A DNA stretch of 64,000 nucleotides, from assembly GCA_043228905.1 (NCBI GenBank), contig JBHGNT010000004.1:18042001-18106000 (forward strand). The letters run 5' to 3'. This DNA is from Azolla caroliniana (Eukaryota; Plantae; Polypodiophyta). The stretch's first letter is position 1. Each line of letters opens with the position of its first letter. The notes under the pieces are model-generated. The model saw only the letters and a list, made by a program, of their open reading frames with translations, was not told the DNA's origin and ran no database searches. This document shows, in pieces, positions 1-13,639 of the stretch. The position numbers and the translations under genes are program-made.

Positions 1-781
1 GCTGAAACGTATTATTAACTGAGAGTTATGGGGTAGTGTAAACTTAGCTACTGTGAATTATCCCAGTTTTTCCTTTTGAAGTTTGGAGCACACCATCTGA
101 AATTAGGAAAGGCCTTTGGGGGTGCTAGTCTGCAAGATTCTCTGTACTGTGCATCTGCCTTATGTTGCCTAATCTTTTGGTATGTGTATTCATGTATCTC
201 TGGATTTATTTACTGGCACCAGCAAAAAAATGATAGGAGACAGCTTCCCTGCTCGTGCATACTTATGGAACTTAATGGTATATCGTGGCTTCTTTAAGTG
301 AAAAGATAATTCAGGTAGTTGCAACTATAATAGTCATACCTTGCACCTTACATGTGTATATTTGCTTGTCTACAATAATTGGGTATATGGAATCCAATCT
401 ATCAACTATAAGTCCACAGATGAAACAAACATTGTTTTATTGCATGTATGTAGGACAAATGTAATGATAGAGATGCATCTAAGGTGTGGGCTTGCTAACC
501 TGAATATGGTTTGATTTCTGGCTGATGCATTTACTGGATCATATGCCTCTCAAGTGATTGCAGCTGCATTTGATGAATGTTTTATTTTGTAACAGGTTTA
601 AACACTTTGGAGTACCTCAGTTGTAGATGTAAAAACACGGATTTCATCTATGTAACATGTTCATCTAGTTTTTTGAATTTTGGAAGCTCTGTAAACATTA
701 TAGGTGTAGTGCATACATTCCTGAAAGGACTATGCAATCAAGTTCGAGTAACAAGAACTTTGTTGTTTGTTTCTACTGTAG

Positions 782-2400
782 GTCTCCTCCCCCATTGCGC
801 AAGAGGTATGCATCACGCAGTGTGTCTCACTCACCACCTCGGAATTGGTCGAGGTCTCCACCAAGGAGAAGACGGTCCCCTATTAATTTCCACCATCATC
901 GGTCAAGATCTCCTAGGTCTCCAAGGCGTTCAAATTCCTTAAGAAGGCATCACCATTCACTAACATATGCTCGTTCTCGGTGTGAACACTCCCCCCGAAT
1001 TGGTTATCGATCAACATCACGAAGAAGGCATTCACCAATCTCATCACATTTTCCGCGTAGAGGTCGATCTCCCATTGCATATTCACCAAGAAGGCACCGG
1101 TCGCCCAGCTACCCTCGGTGGAGGAAGTCTCCGGTTCGATCCCCTCTTAGGCACCATCGGAGATCTCCAAGGTATTCTCGTAATTCGCCTCAATGTTATT
1201 TTTCTCCACCCCCAAGACATCATGAGGTTGTTGATAGGTCTCCACGAAAGTACACTAATAGGTCACCACAACAAAGGTATGTTGATAGGTCACCACCAGT
1301 TCAAAATGTTGATAGGTCACGACAAAGGGATGTTGATAGATCACCTCGAAAACGCCCTAAATCATCACCTCAGCATGGTACCCCATCAACACTATCACCA
1401 CCCGCTGCTCGCTCACCATCTTATGAAGCTTGTGCAGTGTCATCCTCTCCACGATCTCCGGGGTCTCAATCCCGCTCATATGTTCATCCCTCTCCTCAAA
1501 GACATGTTTTAAATAGGTCATTGTCTCCAGTGCAACAATGCAAGCAGCATTACTCAGTCGATTCTCCCTCTCCAATTGAACAGGAAAGATTAGAGCATCT
1601 TGAGAGGCAAGAAAGAAAACACTCTTCATATTCTCCATCTGCCCGACAATGCTCTCCTTGTTCTGGTGCACAGAGGAGAAGGTTAAGCACATTCATCACT
1701 TATTTGTTATATCACAAGTTGAGAAACTATTTTTTCTATAATCTTATGGTCAATGTTTTCTTTCTACCTGCAGTAGGACTCCTTCAATGCAGACAGAGAA
1801 GGATAGAATCGATCTTGATGCAAGAATTGGAACTCAGAGAACAATTGGAAGGTGTCTTGCTTTGTGATCCGATTTTTGTGATGGGAGTGCTTTTTGAAGA
1901 CCTAGCTATATGCATCTGATTTTAATTATTACTTATCCAACAGGTCTAGAAGAGCTCATTCTCAATCAAGTGATAGCAGGGAGGTTTCTGTTCATGAGGA
2001 ACCTAATTTTGATACTAGTTTTGCGACCAGACAAAAGAGAAAAAATGATCCCATTCAGAAGTCTTCCGATAATGAGGATCACCCTGTAAGAAACAGGAAG
2101 GAAGGAGAAGATAAGAAAGCAGCCAAGAAACGCCATAAAGAGGAACAGAGGATGCGGAAAAAGGAAAAGAGAAGAAAGAGGGAAGAGAGGCATAGGCGGA
2201 AGGAAGAAAAACGAGGCAGCAAAATCTCATCCAAGGAGATAGCATCTGTTACTCCACCAGATATGGGGGAGAAAATGAGAAGTGAAGAGTTTGATAGTGC
2301 TTCAGAACATCGCATAGAAGAGGAGCAGAGGAGAATAGAAGAGGAACTCAGAAGAAAAGCACTCGAATCATTGAGGACCAGAAAGATGATTAGTTCATAA
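782..2400 (+). CDS. 3' exons of an RS-rich splicing coactivator, SRRM1/SRm160-like (5' exons not resolved)
   Basis: GT-AG exons 782-1681, 1774-1851 and 1944-2400 join in frame. The product has dense RS/SP repeats, a K/E/R-rich stretch and the C-terminal EEELRRKALESLR motif typical of SRRM1-like proteins. Stop TAA at 2398-2400. Confidence 0.8.
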
Positions 2401-4516
2401 TATAATGGGTAGGGTTTTTAGTATATACATTTCTCTTACTTGAGGGTTGGATCGTATAATCAAGAACAACATGTTTGATTGAAGATGGGCACATCCTAGT
2501 TTTGCTATTTGAATCAATATTATCTGATGTTTGAACTTCGCTTTGATTCTTCACATTGATGGGCATTTTGATTCAATGACTTAACTACTGCTTTATCTGG
2601 AGCGTTATAAAGATTAGGATTGATGGGTGGTTGATCTTTCAAATGTTTTGATGTAGCATCATCTGTTCTATTTCAGCCGAGGAATGTAATTTAAGTGTGA
2701 TTAACCTCTAATAGCTTTTGTGTTTTCCTATTTAATTTTATTTCCTTGAATACTGGTTTTTGTAATTCCCACCAATGCCTTTTGTCAATATCTAAAAACT
2801 TGTCGAAATTGCATGCATTGTTTTCTCTGTTGGGGGTTGATGAAGGGCATTACAAGAAATGATAAAAACTGAGAGGCATTTGCACTACGAGTTAATGAAA
2901 AGCTAGGGGCATTTGTGTTTGGTTCTAACAGAGGAAAAATGTATAACATTTGGTTTTAAATTATTAGACAAATGTAATGATTTTGTAATGTTCTCTTCAC
3001 AAGTCAATAATGTGTGGCCACATCTCACAGCATGAATGATGAAATTGATTATTGATGGTGTCTTCAGTTCTCGCCCTTTTATTAAGCGTCAAATTAAGTC
3101 ATTCTTGGGCTTGAATGTTCTGGATTAGCAAGTATTCTTGAGCAATGTGTTAACATCTCTGCTATCAAGGCAGATGATCTAACACAACTCAGCTTTAGAT
3201 AATCTTTTCCGATTCTCAAAGAGTTGGATTAGGTTATTTTTAGGGATGATTGATTGAGGTTGAATTCACACTCATCCACCAAATAGCAAGGGCTATCATC
3301 ATCAAGTGTACCATGTTCATTTCTGGTGAGAGAGAAGGGAAAAGCATATGATGGATAAGCAAACATACTTTACACAAGTTGTTAAAACTGTTATTATCAA
3401 TGCAGATGATAAAAAAAACTAGCTTTTTATATCATGTAAGGAACAAATAGGTAGAATATTGTGATGCATTACTTCTCTATTCTGAAAATGATAAAAGAAT
3501 AAGACATAACCCACACACACCAAGTCATCATGTTCTAGGTGTTCATGTGGGCCTTTGCTTGTTTCATGAATAAAAAATCCACACTGAAAATGCGGTAACG
3601 GCGAACAATAGTTCTCCTTGAGCACAACTACGAGACTTTGAACATTTCTTCACTTATTCATATCAACTAAGAAAATCAACTACAGAAACCTAGAATTCAG
3701 AAGATATCATAACTTGAAACATCAAATCTTCTGTTGTTAGCAAGAGCAAAATGCTTGACTTTACCCGGTGGAAAGAAGAAGCTTGCCCATACACTTTGTT
3801 TGGACTTAAGCATCATTCCTTTTTCACAACAATTACTATAATGCACGCACTCTACGAATGCATATTGTATAGATTGAAACTAATGAATAAGGCTGCACAA
3901 TGCACTCATTTTTTTGGTGTCTAAATGGAAAATGCTCGAACAAGGCAGCGTTAACCATTCACTCGCTTTGCTTCTGGGCGCAATTTCTGTTAAGCATTAG
4001 GATGAGCCATAATGACAATAGTTGTATAGGAGTAAAGTGAATTTGACCACGTAACACCTCCGAACCCAACACCCAACCTTTAATATATCATGTGTTCAGG
4101 TTTACAAAATGTGATGAAATGTATGCAGAATGTTGCTTGACACCATGTTTTGATCAGGAGTTTATAACCCAACCAATTGTTGTTTACTTTCTCAAGATGA
4201 ATGCGCTCATGAAGGAATACCATTCAGATTCAGGTTTGATTTTTGGGAGTACAAAAGCATATCTTTTCTTTACTTTCTCCAAGAGATGCAAAAAACATTT
4301 CCTAATATCTGGTATGTATATGTGTATTTGCACGCGCTTGGGTTTTCTTTGTCAAAAATGGATGTGGATTTACTTGCCAATCAGATTTATGTTTGATTTG
4401 TGGGAGTTAAAACATATGCATTCTTTATTTGCCCTAATAGATGCGAAAATATGGTCTTTGATGTTAAGATTGCATGGATTTCCATGCCCAATTGAAGGAT
4501 TCTCTTAAATTCTAAG

Positions 4517-7500
4517 ATGTGGGGAGAAAATGTGAAATATATTCCGAGATGGGTGAAAAGATTTTTCTTCTTCTTGGCATCACATTCGTTGTTATGTTTA
4601 CCAACTGTGGTTTCTCTTAAGAAAGCTCAAGAAGTATTTGACAATCTCCCAAACCGAACTGTTATGTCATGGAACACACTGATTGCAAGGTATGCAAAAC
4701 ATGACCTCAGTGAAAAAGCATTGGATTGTTTTGAACAAATGAAACTAGAGGGTGTAACTCCGGATGCTATCACATTCACTTGTAGCCTGAAAGCATGTGG
4801 CATCATTCAAGATTTAAGTAAGGGTATTGAAATCCATGGTGAGATTGTGAGAAAGCGATTGTTGAAATCAGACCCTGTCCTTGGTTCTGCATTAGTTGAT
4901 ATGTATGGGAAAGCGGGGTTGCTTCAAAAATCGCTTGAAATATTCGATCAACTTCCATCATCACGAACTGTAGGCTCTTGGAATGCAATAATTGCAGCTT
5001 ATACCAGAGAAGGACGCGGTAAAGAGGCTCTAAGCTTCTTCATACAGATGAAACTGGAGGGCGTCCTTCCGAATAGCATAACTTGTATTTGCATTTTGAG
5101 TGCTTGTTGCGACATTGGATCCATAGAGATGGGAAGAAAAATACATTCAATAATAAAGACAGGTTGGCCTATTGAAGAAAGTGCTGTGATAAGCAGTGCC
5201 TTAATTGGTATATATTCACAATTTGGGTTGCTTGAGCAAGTAGAGGATTTATTCAACGAGGCTCCATCACGGAATGTTGACTTATGGAATGCATTGATAT
5301 CATGTTATGCCAAGCATGAGCTTTCAAAAAAAGTATTAGAGGGTTTGAAACAGATGCAAGTTGAAGGGGTATTCCCAGATGCTATTACATATGCATGTAG
5401 CTTGAAAACATGTGGCAATATTGGAGCTTTAGGTAAGGGAAGGGAATTGCATGCTGAAATGGTTGCTCAACATTTTTATGGAAGAGATCTTATGGTAGGA
5501 AATGCATTAATCCATATGTATGGTAAATGTGGATTTCTTGTAGAAGCACATAAAGCATTCAACAATATGCTAGAAAAGAATATAATCTCATGGAATACTC
5601 TAATGGCAGGATATGTAAAGCATAATTACTATGGCGAAGCTCTATCTTTTTTTGAGAAAATGGAATGTAAGGGTGTTTTACCAGATGCTGTTACATTTGC
5701 CTGCATTTTGAAAGCATGTAATGGCATTGGAGCAATTGGCAAAGGCATAGAGATACATCATGAAGCTGAAAGAAAAGGTTTTTTAGAAAGGGATCTCGTT
5801 CTTGGGAATACATTGATAGATATGTATGCTAAACATGGGTTTCTTACAGAAGCACAAGGAGTGTTTGACAAGCTTCCAAAACAGGATACAATATCTTGGA
5901 TCACACTGATGGTGGGTTATTTAAAGTTTGATCAGCACAAGAAAGCATTGAATTGTTTTGAACAAATGCAACTTCATGGTACATATCCAGATGCTATCAC
6001 CTTTGCTTATGGCTTGAAAGCTTGTGGTAACATCAGAGCTATAGAGAAAGGAAGACAAACACATGGCGAAGTAGTCATGAGAGGATTACTAGAAACTGAT
6101 TTAATTGTTGGGATAGCGTTAGTTGATATGTATTCAAAGTGGGGTTGTCTTGAGACAGTGAAAACTCTTTCCGAAAAACTTCAAACTCAAGATGTGGCTT
6201 CATGGAATGCTATGATTGCCACATACGCAAAGCATGAGCAGGGTGAGAAAGCTCTCAACTATTTAAAGCAGATGCAAAATGAAGGATTTTCTCCAAATGC
6301 CATTACATTTGCATGTAGCTTGAAAGCATGCGCTAATCTTGGGGATACAGTTAAGGGAAGAGAGATACATGCAGATGTAGAGAGAAGAGGATTGTTAGAA
6401 AGAAGTCTTGTTGTTGGTAATGCGTTGGTTGATATGTATGCTAAATGTGGTCATCTTGTAAAAGCACAAGAGGCATTTGATAAGCTTCCAAGACGAGATG
6501 TAGTCTCGTGGAATACACTTATTGCAAGCCATGTGAAGTATGGATTCAATTTGGAAGCACTTGATCATTTTAAGGAAATGCAAAAAGAGGGGCTTTCACC
6601 CGACGCTGTCACATTTGTTTGTAGCTTGAAAGCTTGTGGTAACATTGGAGCTATTGTGAAGGGTATAGAATTACATAATGACATTGAGGAAGCCGGATTG
6701 TTAAATAATGTTTGCATTGGTGTAGCGTTGGTTGAGATGTATGCAAAATATGGGTTGCGTGAAAAAGCTCAGGCAGTGTTTGATCAGCTTCCAAATAAAA
6801 ATGTGATTGCATGGAATACGCTGATGTCAGGTTTGTGGAACAATCAGGAGGCAGTGTTGGGCTGTTTTGATGAGATGCAACAAGAAGGCATTTGTCCAGA
6901 TGCTGTTACATATGTTTTCGTCTTGAAAGCTTGTGGGGACATAGGTTTAATAGAAAAGGGTAGGAAAATACACAGAGAAATCGAAAAGCAAGGCTGGTTG
7001 GAGAAAGAGACTGCAATTGGAAATACTTTGATAGATATGTATGCAAAACTTGGTTGTATTAACCAAGCGAGTGAAGCGCTTGAAAAACATCAAAAGCGAG
7101 ATCTAGTTTCGTGGAATGCATTGATTTCAGGCTATGCTCAATTAGGAGAAGCTACACATGCCATTGTTCTCTTTCAAAGATTGATGAGTGAAGGAAACAA
7201 GCCAGATTCAATCACATTGGTTAACATTCTGAATGCATGTAGTCATGCTGGCCTAATGGATGAGGCACATGTATTTTTTACTACCATGAATAATGATTAT
7301 GACATTATTCCAACTCTTGAGCACTATACTTGCATGATTGATCTCCTTGGTCGTTCGGGACAAATAGAAATGGCATTAACTATGGCATTTCGGCTTCCCA
7401 TTCTTCCAAATGCTCTCATCTGGTGTACTACATTGGCTGCTTGTCGAAAATGGGGCAATGCTATGCTGGCAAGCTATGCATTTGAACAAGTGATGCAACT

Positions 7501-7552
7501 GAATGAAAGGAATGTTGCTGCATATTTCATTATGTATAACACAAGTGGATAG
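4517..7552 (+). CDS. PLS-class pentatricopeptide repeat protein with partial E extension and no DYW domain
   Basis: 1011-aa intronless ORF with repeated P-L-S triplets (VSWNxLI...; PDAITFxCxLKAC; GNALVDMYAKCG). It ends in HYTCMIDLLGRSG...IWCTTLAACRKWGN...AAYFIMYN, an E1-like motif, and then stops. The true start codon is uncertain. Confidence 0.93.
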   Translation: MWGENVKYIPRWVKRFFFFLASHSLLCLPTVVSLKKAQEVFDNLPNRTVMSWNTLIARYAKHDLSEKALDCFEQMKLEGVTPDAITFTCSLKACGIIQDLSKGIEIHGEIVRKRLLKSDPVLGSALVDMYGKAGLLQKSLEIFDQLPSSRTVGSWNAIIAAYTREGRGKEALSFFIQMKLEGVLPNSITCICILSACCDIGSIEMGRKIHSIIKTGWPIEESAVISSALIGIYSQFGLLEQVEDLFNEAPSRNVDLWNALISCYAKHELSKKVLEGLKQMQVEGVFPDAITYACSLKTCGNIGALGKGRELHAEMVAQHFYGRDLMVGNALIHMYGKCGFLVEAHKAFNNMLEKNIISWNTLMAGYVKHNYYGEALSFFEKMECKGVLPDAVTFACILKACNGIGAIGKGIEIHHEAERKGFLERDLVLGNTLIDMYAKHGFLTEAQGVFDKLPKQDTISWITLMVGYLKFDQHKKALNCFEQMQLHGTYPDAITFAYGLKACGNIRAIEKGRQTHGEVVMRGLLETDLIVGIALVDMYSKWGCLETVKTLSEKLQTQDVASWNAMIATYAKHEQGEKALNYLKQMQNEGFSPNAITFACSLKACANLGDTVKGREIHADVERRGLLERSLVVGNALVDMYAKCGHLVKAQEAFDKLPRRDVVSWNTLIASHVKYGFNLEALDHFKEMQKEGLSPDAVTFVCSLKACGNIGAIVKGIELHNDIEEAGLLNNVCIGVALVEMYAKYGLREKAQAVFDQLPNKNVIAWNTLMSGLWNNQEAVLGCFDEMQQEGICPDAVTYVFVLKACGDIGLIEKGRKIHREIEKQGWLEKETAIGNTLIDMYAKLGCINQASEALEKHQKRDLVSWNALISGYAQLGEATHAIVLFQRLMSEGNKPDSITLVNILNACSHAGLMDEAHVFFTTMNNDYDIIPTLEHYTCMIDLLGRSGQIEMALTMAFRLPILPNALIWCTTLAACRKWGNAMLASYAFEQVMQLNERNVAAYFIMYNTSG

Positions 7553-10500
7553 TTTCAAACTATGTGACGATTGGGTCTTTGCCCTGACTTAATTTTACTT
7601 CTAACACGATCAATATGTGGTTATATGAGTGCTTGTAACATACCACCAAATGCCACGTAAGGAGCAACATCTGGAGTTACTTTTTTGTAGATGTACCAAT
7701 GTCTTGTGAAAGACCGAAATGGCATATGAGATATTGCTGCTGAAAATATTGTCTCTTCTATGAGAACAATTAAAGAAAGGAAGAAAACTCTATGAAAGTG
7801 TTTTAAGAGGCCAAATTGACCTATAAAACCAAACAAGAGATCATAGTTAGCGATGTTTTCTCGTCTTAGAGAATAAACCAAAATAAATATAACTAAACAT
7901 AGGGTACTCAAAGAGTCTAGATATCTAAGAGCTTAAGGCTCTGAACTTAGATAGGGTGAGACTTTTGCCTTGAAAAATTTATAAAGATGGCCACTCTAAG
8001 ATGAAGAGATTTCTCAAGTGAGGGAAGCAATTTCAATGTTAGGTGATAATGGCCTTTATTTGTTGACGGCAATGGTGGCAAGGCTGTGGCCTAGATGGTT
8101 CCTAATAGGAGATAGAGATTTCATGTGCGTGGCTAGACTCGCCAATATATAGTGTTGATGTCACCCATTGGGGGTGGGGGAGTGATGGCATGTTGTTGAA
8201 GGTGCACAAAGAACACAAAGCTGATATAGTGGCATATGGAGTGTGGAAATGCTCGAATCCAAATCGAGTGAGTATACTATTAATGATTACTTGTTGTCAT
8301 CTAATCCCTTCGAAAATATAACTAAATTCTTAGAAGAAATAGAAGAGGTGTGATATCAATTCTTCATGCCATTTGTTTTAAACTAGCCCAAGTACTACTT
8401 CTACTTGCTTGAAAGGTGTGGACCGTGGAGTCACAAGACCTTAATTTACTGTCCTCAAAAAACAGTTTTGAGTCCCTTATTGTGTAAGAGTGTGATCATT
8501 CCCAAGATAGTAGTGGTACAAACTCAATGAAACCTAGACGTACTAAGCTTAACTTGTGGCACATAAACTTTGCTAGCTTGATTTGACGAAATGGAACTAG
8601 TAATGGGAACTATTCTAAAAATCTTGGATTGTCCAACCAAACAACTTTGAGCTTGCTTACCATACTCATTTCACAAATCTTCTAGCTAGTTCAAATGGTC
8701 AAATTTATTCCCATGGGTCAAGCTTCTTGACTTTGTAGGCTTACTAGAACTAATCACAGAGATGAAAAACATGATTAATATGGGAAGTTACTTGGGTCAC
8801 TTGACATCTTGGTCTATGTGGAATTAGACCACCACAATACAAATAATAATGGTTTGGTTGATGTCGTTGCTTCTCAACATTCGAAAATAGGCCTCGATGG
8901 CATGTTGCCTAAATCTCCATTGAAGTGGGCTTGTGAATCAAAATAAGTGTTATTGTTTACAGATTTGTCAAAGTTGATGCTACTATGATGAAAGCATATG
9001 TGTGGTTTGATCTAGGATATAACAATTTTTGGCGTTGAAAATGTTGCTCAAATAAGCTATTACTAGATCACACACTACCTCAATAAGAGATTTGGAAGTT
9101 CATGAAAGGTTTGAGGCGAATCCTTCAAATTGTTGCCATGACTTGACAAAATTGATGCATTAATGCTTTAGCATCCATAGAATATCACATGAAAGAAGGC
9201 ACATTTTACTACATACTCATACGCAAGGTGATATCCTTGTCATAATATTTGAATCTTATTTATCATGATCCTTACACTGTCTATACCTTTGAAGTTGGCT
9301 CGAGATTCCTTGATACAAGTATCAAAATATTCTAAAAATGGTGGCCTCACCTCAAGCTATGTGCAAATTGAGATAGTGGCATGCCTTTTTAAAAGCTTTC
9401 CGAAAAATCCAACTTTAGCTAGGTTGGCCGAGTATCAGTTAGGATGCATTTGACTCAATTCAAGAATCCTTTGAACTAAGACCGCATACCATTGATATTC
9501 AATGGAAGAATGATATGCTATTCCTTGAGGAAGTTTTGTATTTTCAATGCTTGTTGTCACGAAGAGAATAGCGTTGTTTCTAGTTGGCGGATTCGTTAAG
9601 AAGTAACCATATACTCACATGTGGCAAATCTTTGAGCAACCTTTGATTCTATTACTACGGTGACACAAGCTTGGTCATGAGGCAATTAATGATCTAACAA
9701 GACACACATGAAATCTTGCTTGCTGACAAACTCCATAACTACGAGTATAACAAAATAGGATTGTTTGGAAAGAAGGAGAACAAGAAGGAGAGGAATTCTT
9801 TGTAGCCCCTTTAGGCATCTTTCCATTAATACCAAGGTGAGTTTTTATTAATAAAAAAAGGAGAAGAAGAAGGAGAGGAATTTTGGTTTAAATTGTCAAA
9901 AAGTGAAGCCAAAACCAATACTAGATGGAGAGAAAAATAAGAAAAACAAATTTTATTATGTAGAAAAGAAGGAAAAGATTTACAAGATTATGTCGAGGAT
10001 GGCATTGGACCAAAATATTTTGACAACGCCATGTTTCTAATACATAACGCTCCTAGTTTCATGTATTCTTGCATCTAGATATGCATGCTTGTCAAATGGC
10101 TATAGTGTAGGTTAGTCATTTGGAGATCATGAACCCAACTAGCCCATGTTCAAATTTAAATACAATCCTAATGCCTCATTTGGAATTTATCGTCGTGCAT
10201 CAAATGTGGTTAATTATCTTCTACTTTTTATATTTCATAAATTTTGTGGAGGTAGTTTAAATCATAGATGATGGATGGCAACTGAGTGGAGAATATTTAT
10301 CCTTTTCTCACATAAGCTAGTTAGCCTTAAATCATGTTCTACTTTGGAATCTGCAATCTTGTACTTAAAGAGCATTCTAACTACCACTTAATTTGTTATG
10401 CAAAACAAGATAACATTGCATAAATTTGTAAGGTTTGTAGTAGTCCCAAGTCTTGAAAATATTACATTATTTTTGAAGTATGCTTTCTTTGTTTATAAAT

Positions 10501-11875
10501 CAATGCATAATTTAGTATGTCAAAATATGACTTTATAAAGTCCAAAAAGTTAATTAAAGAAAACAAAAGTGTTCATGTAATAATTCAATTTATTTGTGTT
10601 GAAGATGCTCACATTTTCTCCCAAAAGAATGGCTTAAGATTCTTGAGGGCACCTCTTATTTTCTAGGGTCTAAAGTGTATAGATATTTAACTATTGTATT
10701 GTCATGTATGAGTGAATGTGTCATGTGGTAAATGATATACACTTACCTTTTGGAAGGTTTTCACATTACTAAAATTTGGACATATGCCATCAACATTACG
10801 TTATTACCTCTATTGAATCTACTTATTTTGAAGTTATGATTCAATTTATAGACATTATTTGGATCCTTGAACATTGATCTCGTGTTTCATTAAGCATGTG
10901 ATTTCAAATAGAGATTGATTGACTGACACTAATGTTTTACTGATATCTCAAAATCTTAACTTAATTTATACATTTGAAACTTATTATACAGACTAAGCAT
11001 GTAAGTTGGCTACAAAGAAATTGAAGAAAACTAAAATTGACAATGTATACATGAATAAATATATGGATATACTTCATGTATATTAATTGAGGTGGAAAAC
11101 GCATCCCTTACTTATAGGAAGTCCTATTCAAATTAAAATTGTCATATCAAGCAAATACAATAGATCCATTTTGGTAGTTGAATTCTTTATGCTTTCACTA
11201 TTTGATACTAGCCATATGAGACAAAGTGGGCTCATGGAACTCTTTCTGGTCAAAATTTTAATGTAAATATCTCGAAAAGAAGATTTGCATTGGAGAAGCC
11301 ATATTAGTAACAATGTGACCCCATTAATTCTGGTGGGACAATGCATGTCGAAAGAAAATACCTCTTGACAATAGGGAATCCAATAGTGGATGAAATCACT
11401 GAAATTGAATAACATTTTTGAACTTGTTTAATAATACCATTTTCTTGGCCTGACAAAAAAAACTATAATAGAAGTGTGGACAATAATCCAAAGGCACCCT
11501 AGGCAACATCGTAGCAATTCCATTATTACAATAGAATATATGTGCACACACGCAAACCTTACAAATTTGCTATTGATCACCTATGAGCCAAGCCTTTCTA
11601 TGGGGTAAGAAGGAATGATTGAGAAAAGATTCACCTTGCACATGTAATGGTGGTCACTATATCAATGAATTATGGAGCAAAATAAATTATTGAATTAATA
11701 TTACATCCTTTTATATGAAGGAAAACTAGGGGTGGTTTACTTCTCAGCGTGATTGTAGTTTCCATACATCTATCTTATATAAGAAATGATAAAACAACCA
11801 AACAATTGGGGATAGAATAAAAGGAGAGGGAGGTGGGAGAGTTGATATTTTTGAATTAGACAAGCTAGTTCAACG

Positions 11876-13639
11876 ATGTGTTTAAGTAAGGAGGTTAATT
11901 GTAGCCTTAAGTTGGATGGAAATGGATCTATTGTGAGGATAAGAGAATATAATATGGAAAGTGACATGGACCAAGTGGAGGAACTTGAGCAAAGTTGCGG
12001 AAATGGAGATGGATCCGGTGAGACTTCCCTATTCACACATATTCTCACTGGTGATCCACTTTGTCGTGTTCGGAATTACACCTCTCATTGTATGATGGTA
12101 CATGCCATCCTCTATGTACATATAAGATGTTCCTATATTGATGTCGTATAACTGTGAACATGGTGATAACATGATATTTTGTATATAGGTTGCAGAAGTT
12201 CGACTTGCTTCTGGTGGCCATACTATAGTGGGGATTATTAGAGGAGGGATAAAGCAAGTAGTCCGACATGAACAAGATAAATCATGTGGTACTACTAGAG
12301 CATCATATGTAACATCGGCATATATATCTGGATTGCGAATTTCGAACATGTATAGGTATGTTGTATTTGAAGTTAAATTTCGTTAAGTAAGCATATTCTA
12401 TGTGGAGTATATTAGAGTATCATCATATGATGCTCATTTAGCTCATGAATACATTCTAATAAGGTATTTGAATACATGAAAGTTAAATTACTTGGGAAAT
12501 TCCTTGGCAAATTCCAAGTTATTTAGTTGTTCAGGAGACCTACCTATTAAAATATTTGCATACTAAAAGTTAATTTTGATAATGATTTGGGTGAAGTTCC
12601 TAGCATCTTATGTTCTACTTGTATGTAATTAGAATAAAAACATGTCATGAAACTAATGTACTTGAGAGTATTATAATGTTATAGATATTATTTATGATAC
12701 CAATAATATTGAATAAATGAGCCATTATATAATTACATATTTTTCTTGCATAGGCGTCTTGGTGTTGCACACCATTTGGTTTTGGAGATGGAAACTTGGT
12801 GTAAGAAGAATGGTGCAGAGTACTCGTATATTGCGACAGAGAACGGAAATGAAGCTTCTGTGAATCTCTTTACATTAAAATTAGGATATAGAAAATATAG
12901 AGCTCCTTCCATACTTGTGCAACCAATTTATGGGAAGACAAAGAGCCTTGATTCAAGAAATATAAAGATTGTGAAGTTGAGTATCATGCAAGCAGAGAAG
13001 TTGTACAAGGAAACTCTAGGGGCAATGGAGTTCTTCCCTAAGGACATTGATGTGATTCTCAAAAGTCCATTGAATGCAGGAACTTGGTTGGCCTACTTTA
13101 AGGGCAAAGATGATGATGATCCTCAAACTATGGGATGGGCAATGTTAAGCTTGTGGAGATATGATAAACTATTGAAGTTTGAGGTAAGAGGAGCGTCACA
13201 ACGTACAAAACGTTTGGCAACATTATCACGCATAGCTGGAAAGATCTTAAACCCATGGCTACTAGTGCCATGCATGCCCAATGTCTTCAATACTGTGTTT
13301 GGTATCCAAGTCATGTATGGTTTGCATGTTTCACTACCAATGACCAAAGATGGTGACAATGCTCTTCGTAACCAAAAACGGGTTGGTAAATTATTGAACA
13401 CGCTATGTTGGCATGCCCATAATGTTGCACTACAAGAAGGTTGCAAGTTCCTCGTTACTGAAATAGGGAGTCATGATCCTTTGAAATCGAGCATTCCACA
13501 TTGGAAAACAATATCTGGAGTTGACCTTTGGTGCACCAAGTCTTTTGCTCTAGATTCAACACAACACAAGCAACCATGTCCATATATGGCTACACGCCTT
13601 GATGGCCCTTCCCTATTTCTTGATCCTCGCGATTTTTGA
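11876..13639 (+). CDS. HLS1: HOOKLESS1-like GNAT N-acetyltransferase, 3 exons
   Basis: Exons 11876-12097, 12189-12355 and 12754-13639 (GT-AG) join in frame. Motifs: IREY...VEELEQSC, GDPLCRVRN, VAE...IVGIIRGGIK, YISGLRIS.MYRRLGVA, NEASVNLFT, and C-terminal LFLDPRDF (HLS1 family ends in FVDPREF). Confidence 0.88.

Noticed and set aside
732-1919. 395-aa ORF taken as a complete protein
   Set aside because: Its ends run into introns. The spliced model (782-1681, 1774-1851, 1944-2400) explains the region better.
8300-9800. Possible decayed hAT transposase (SPLKW, PTLARLA-like peptides)
   Set aside because: Only short motif-like fragments, with no continuous frame or termini. Not supportable without a search.
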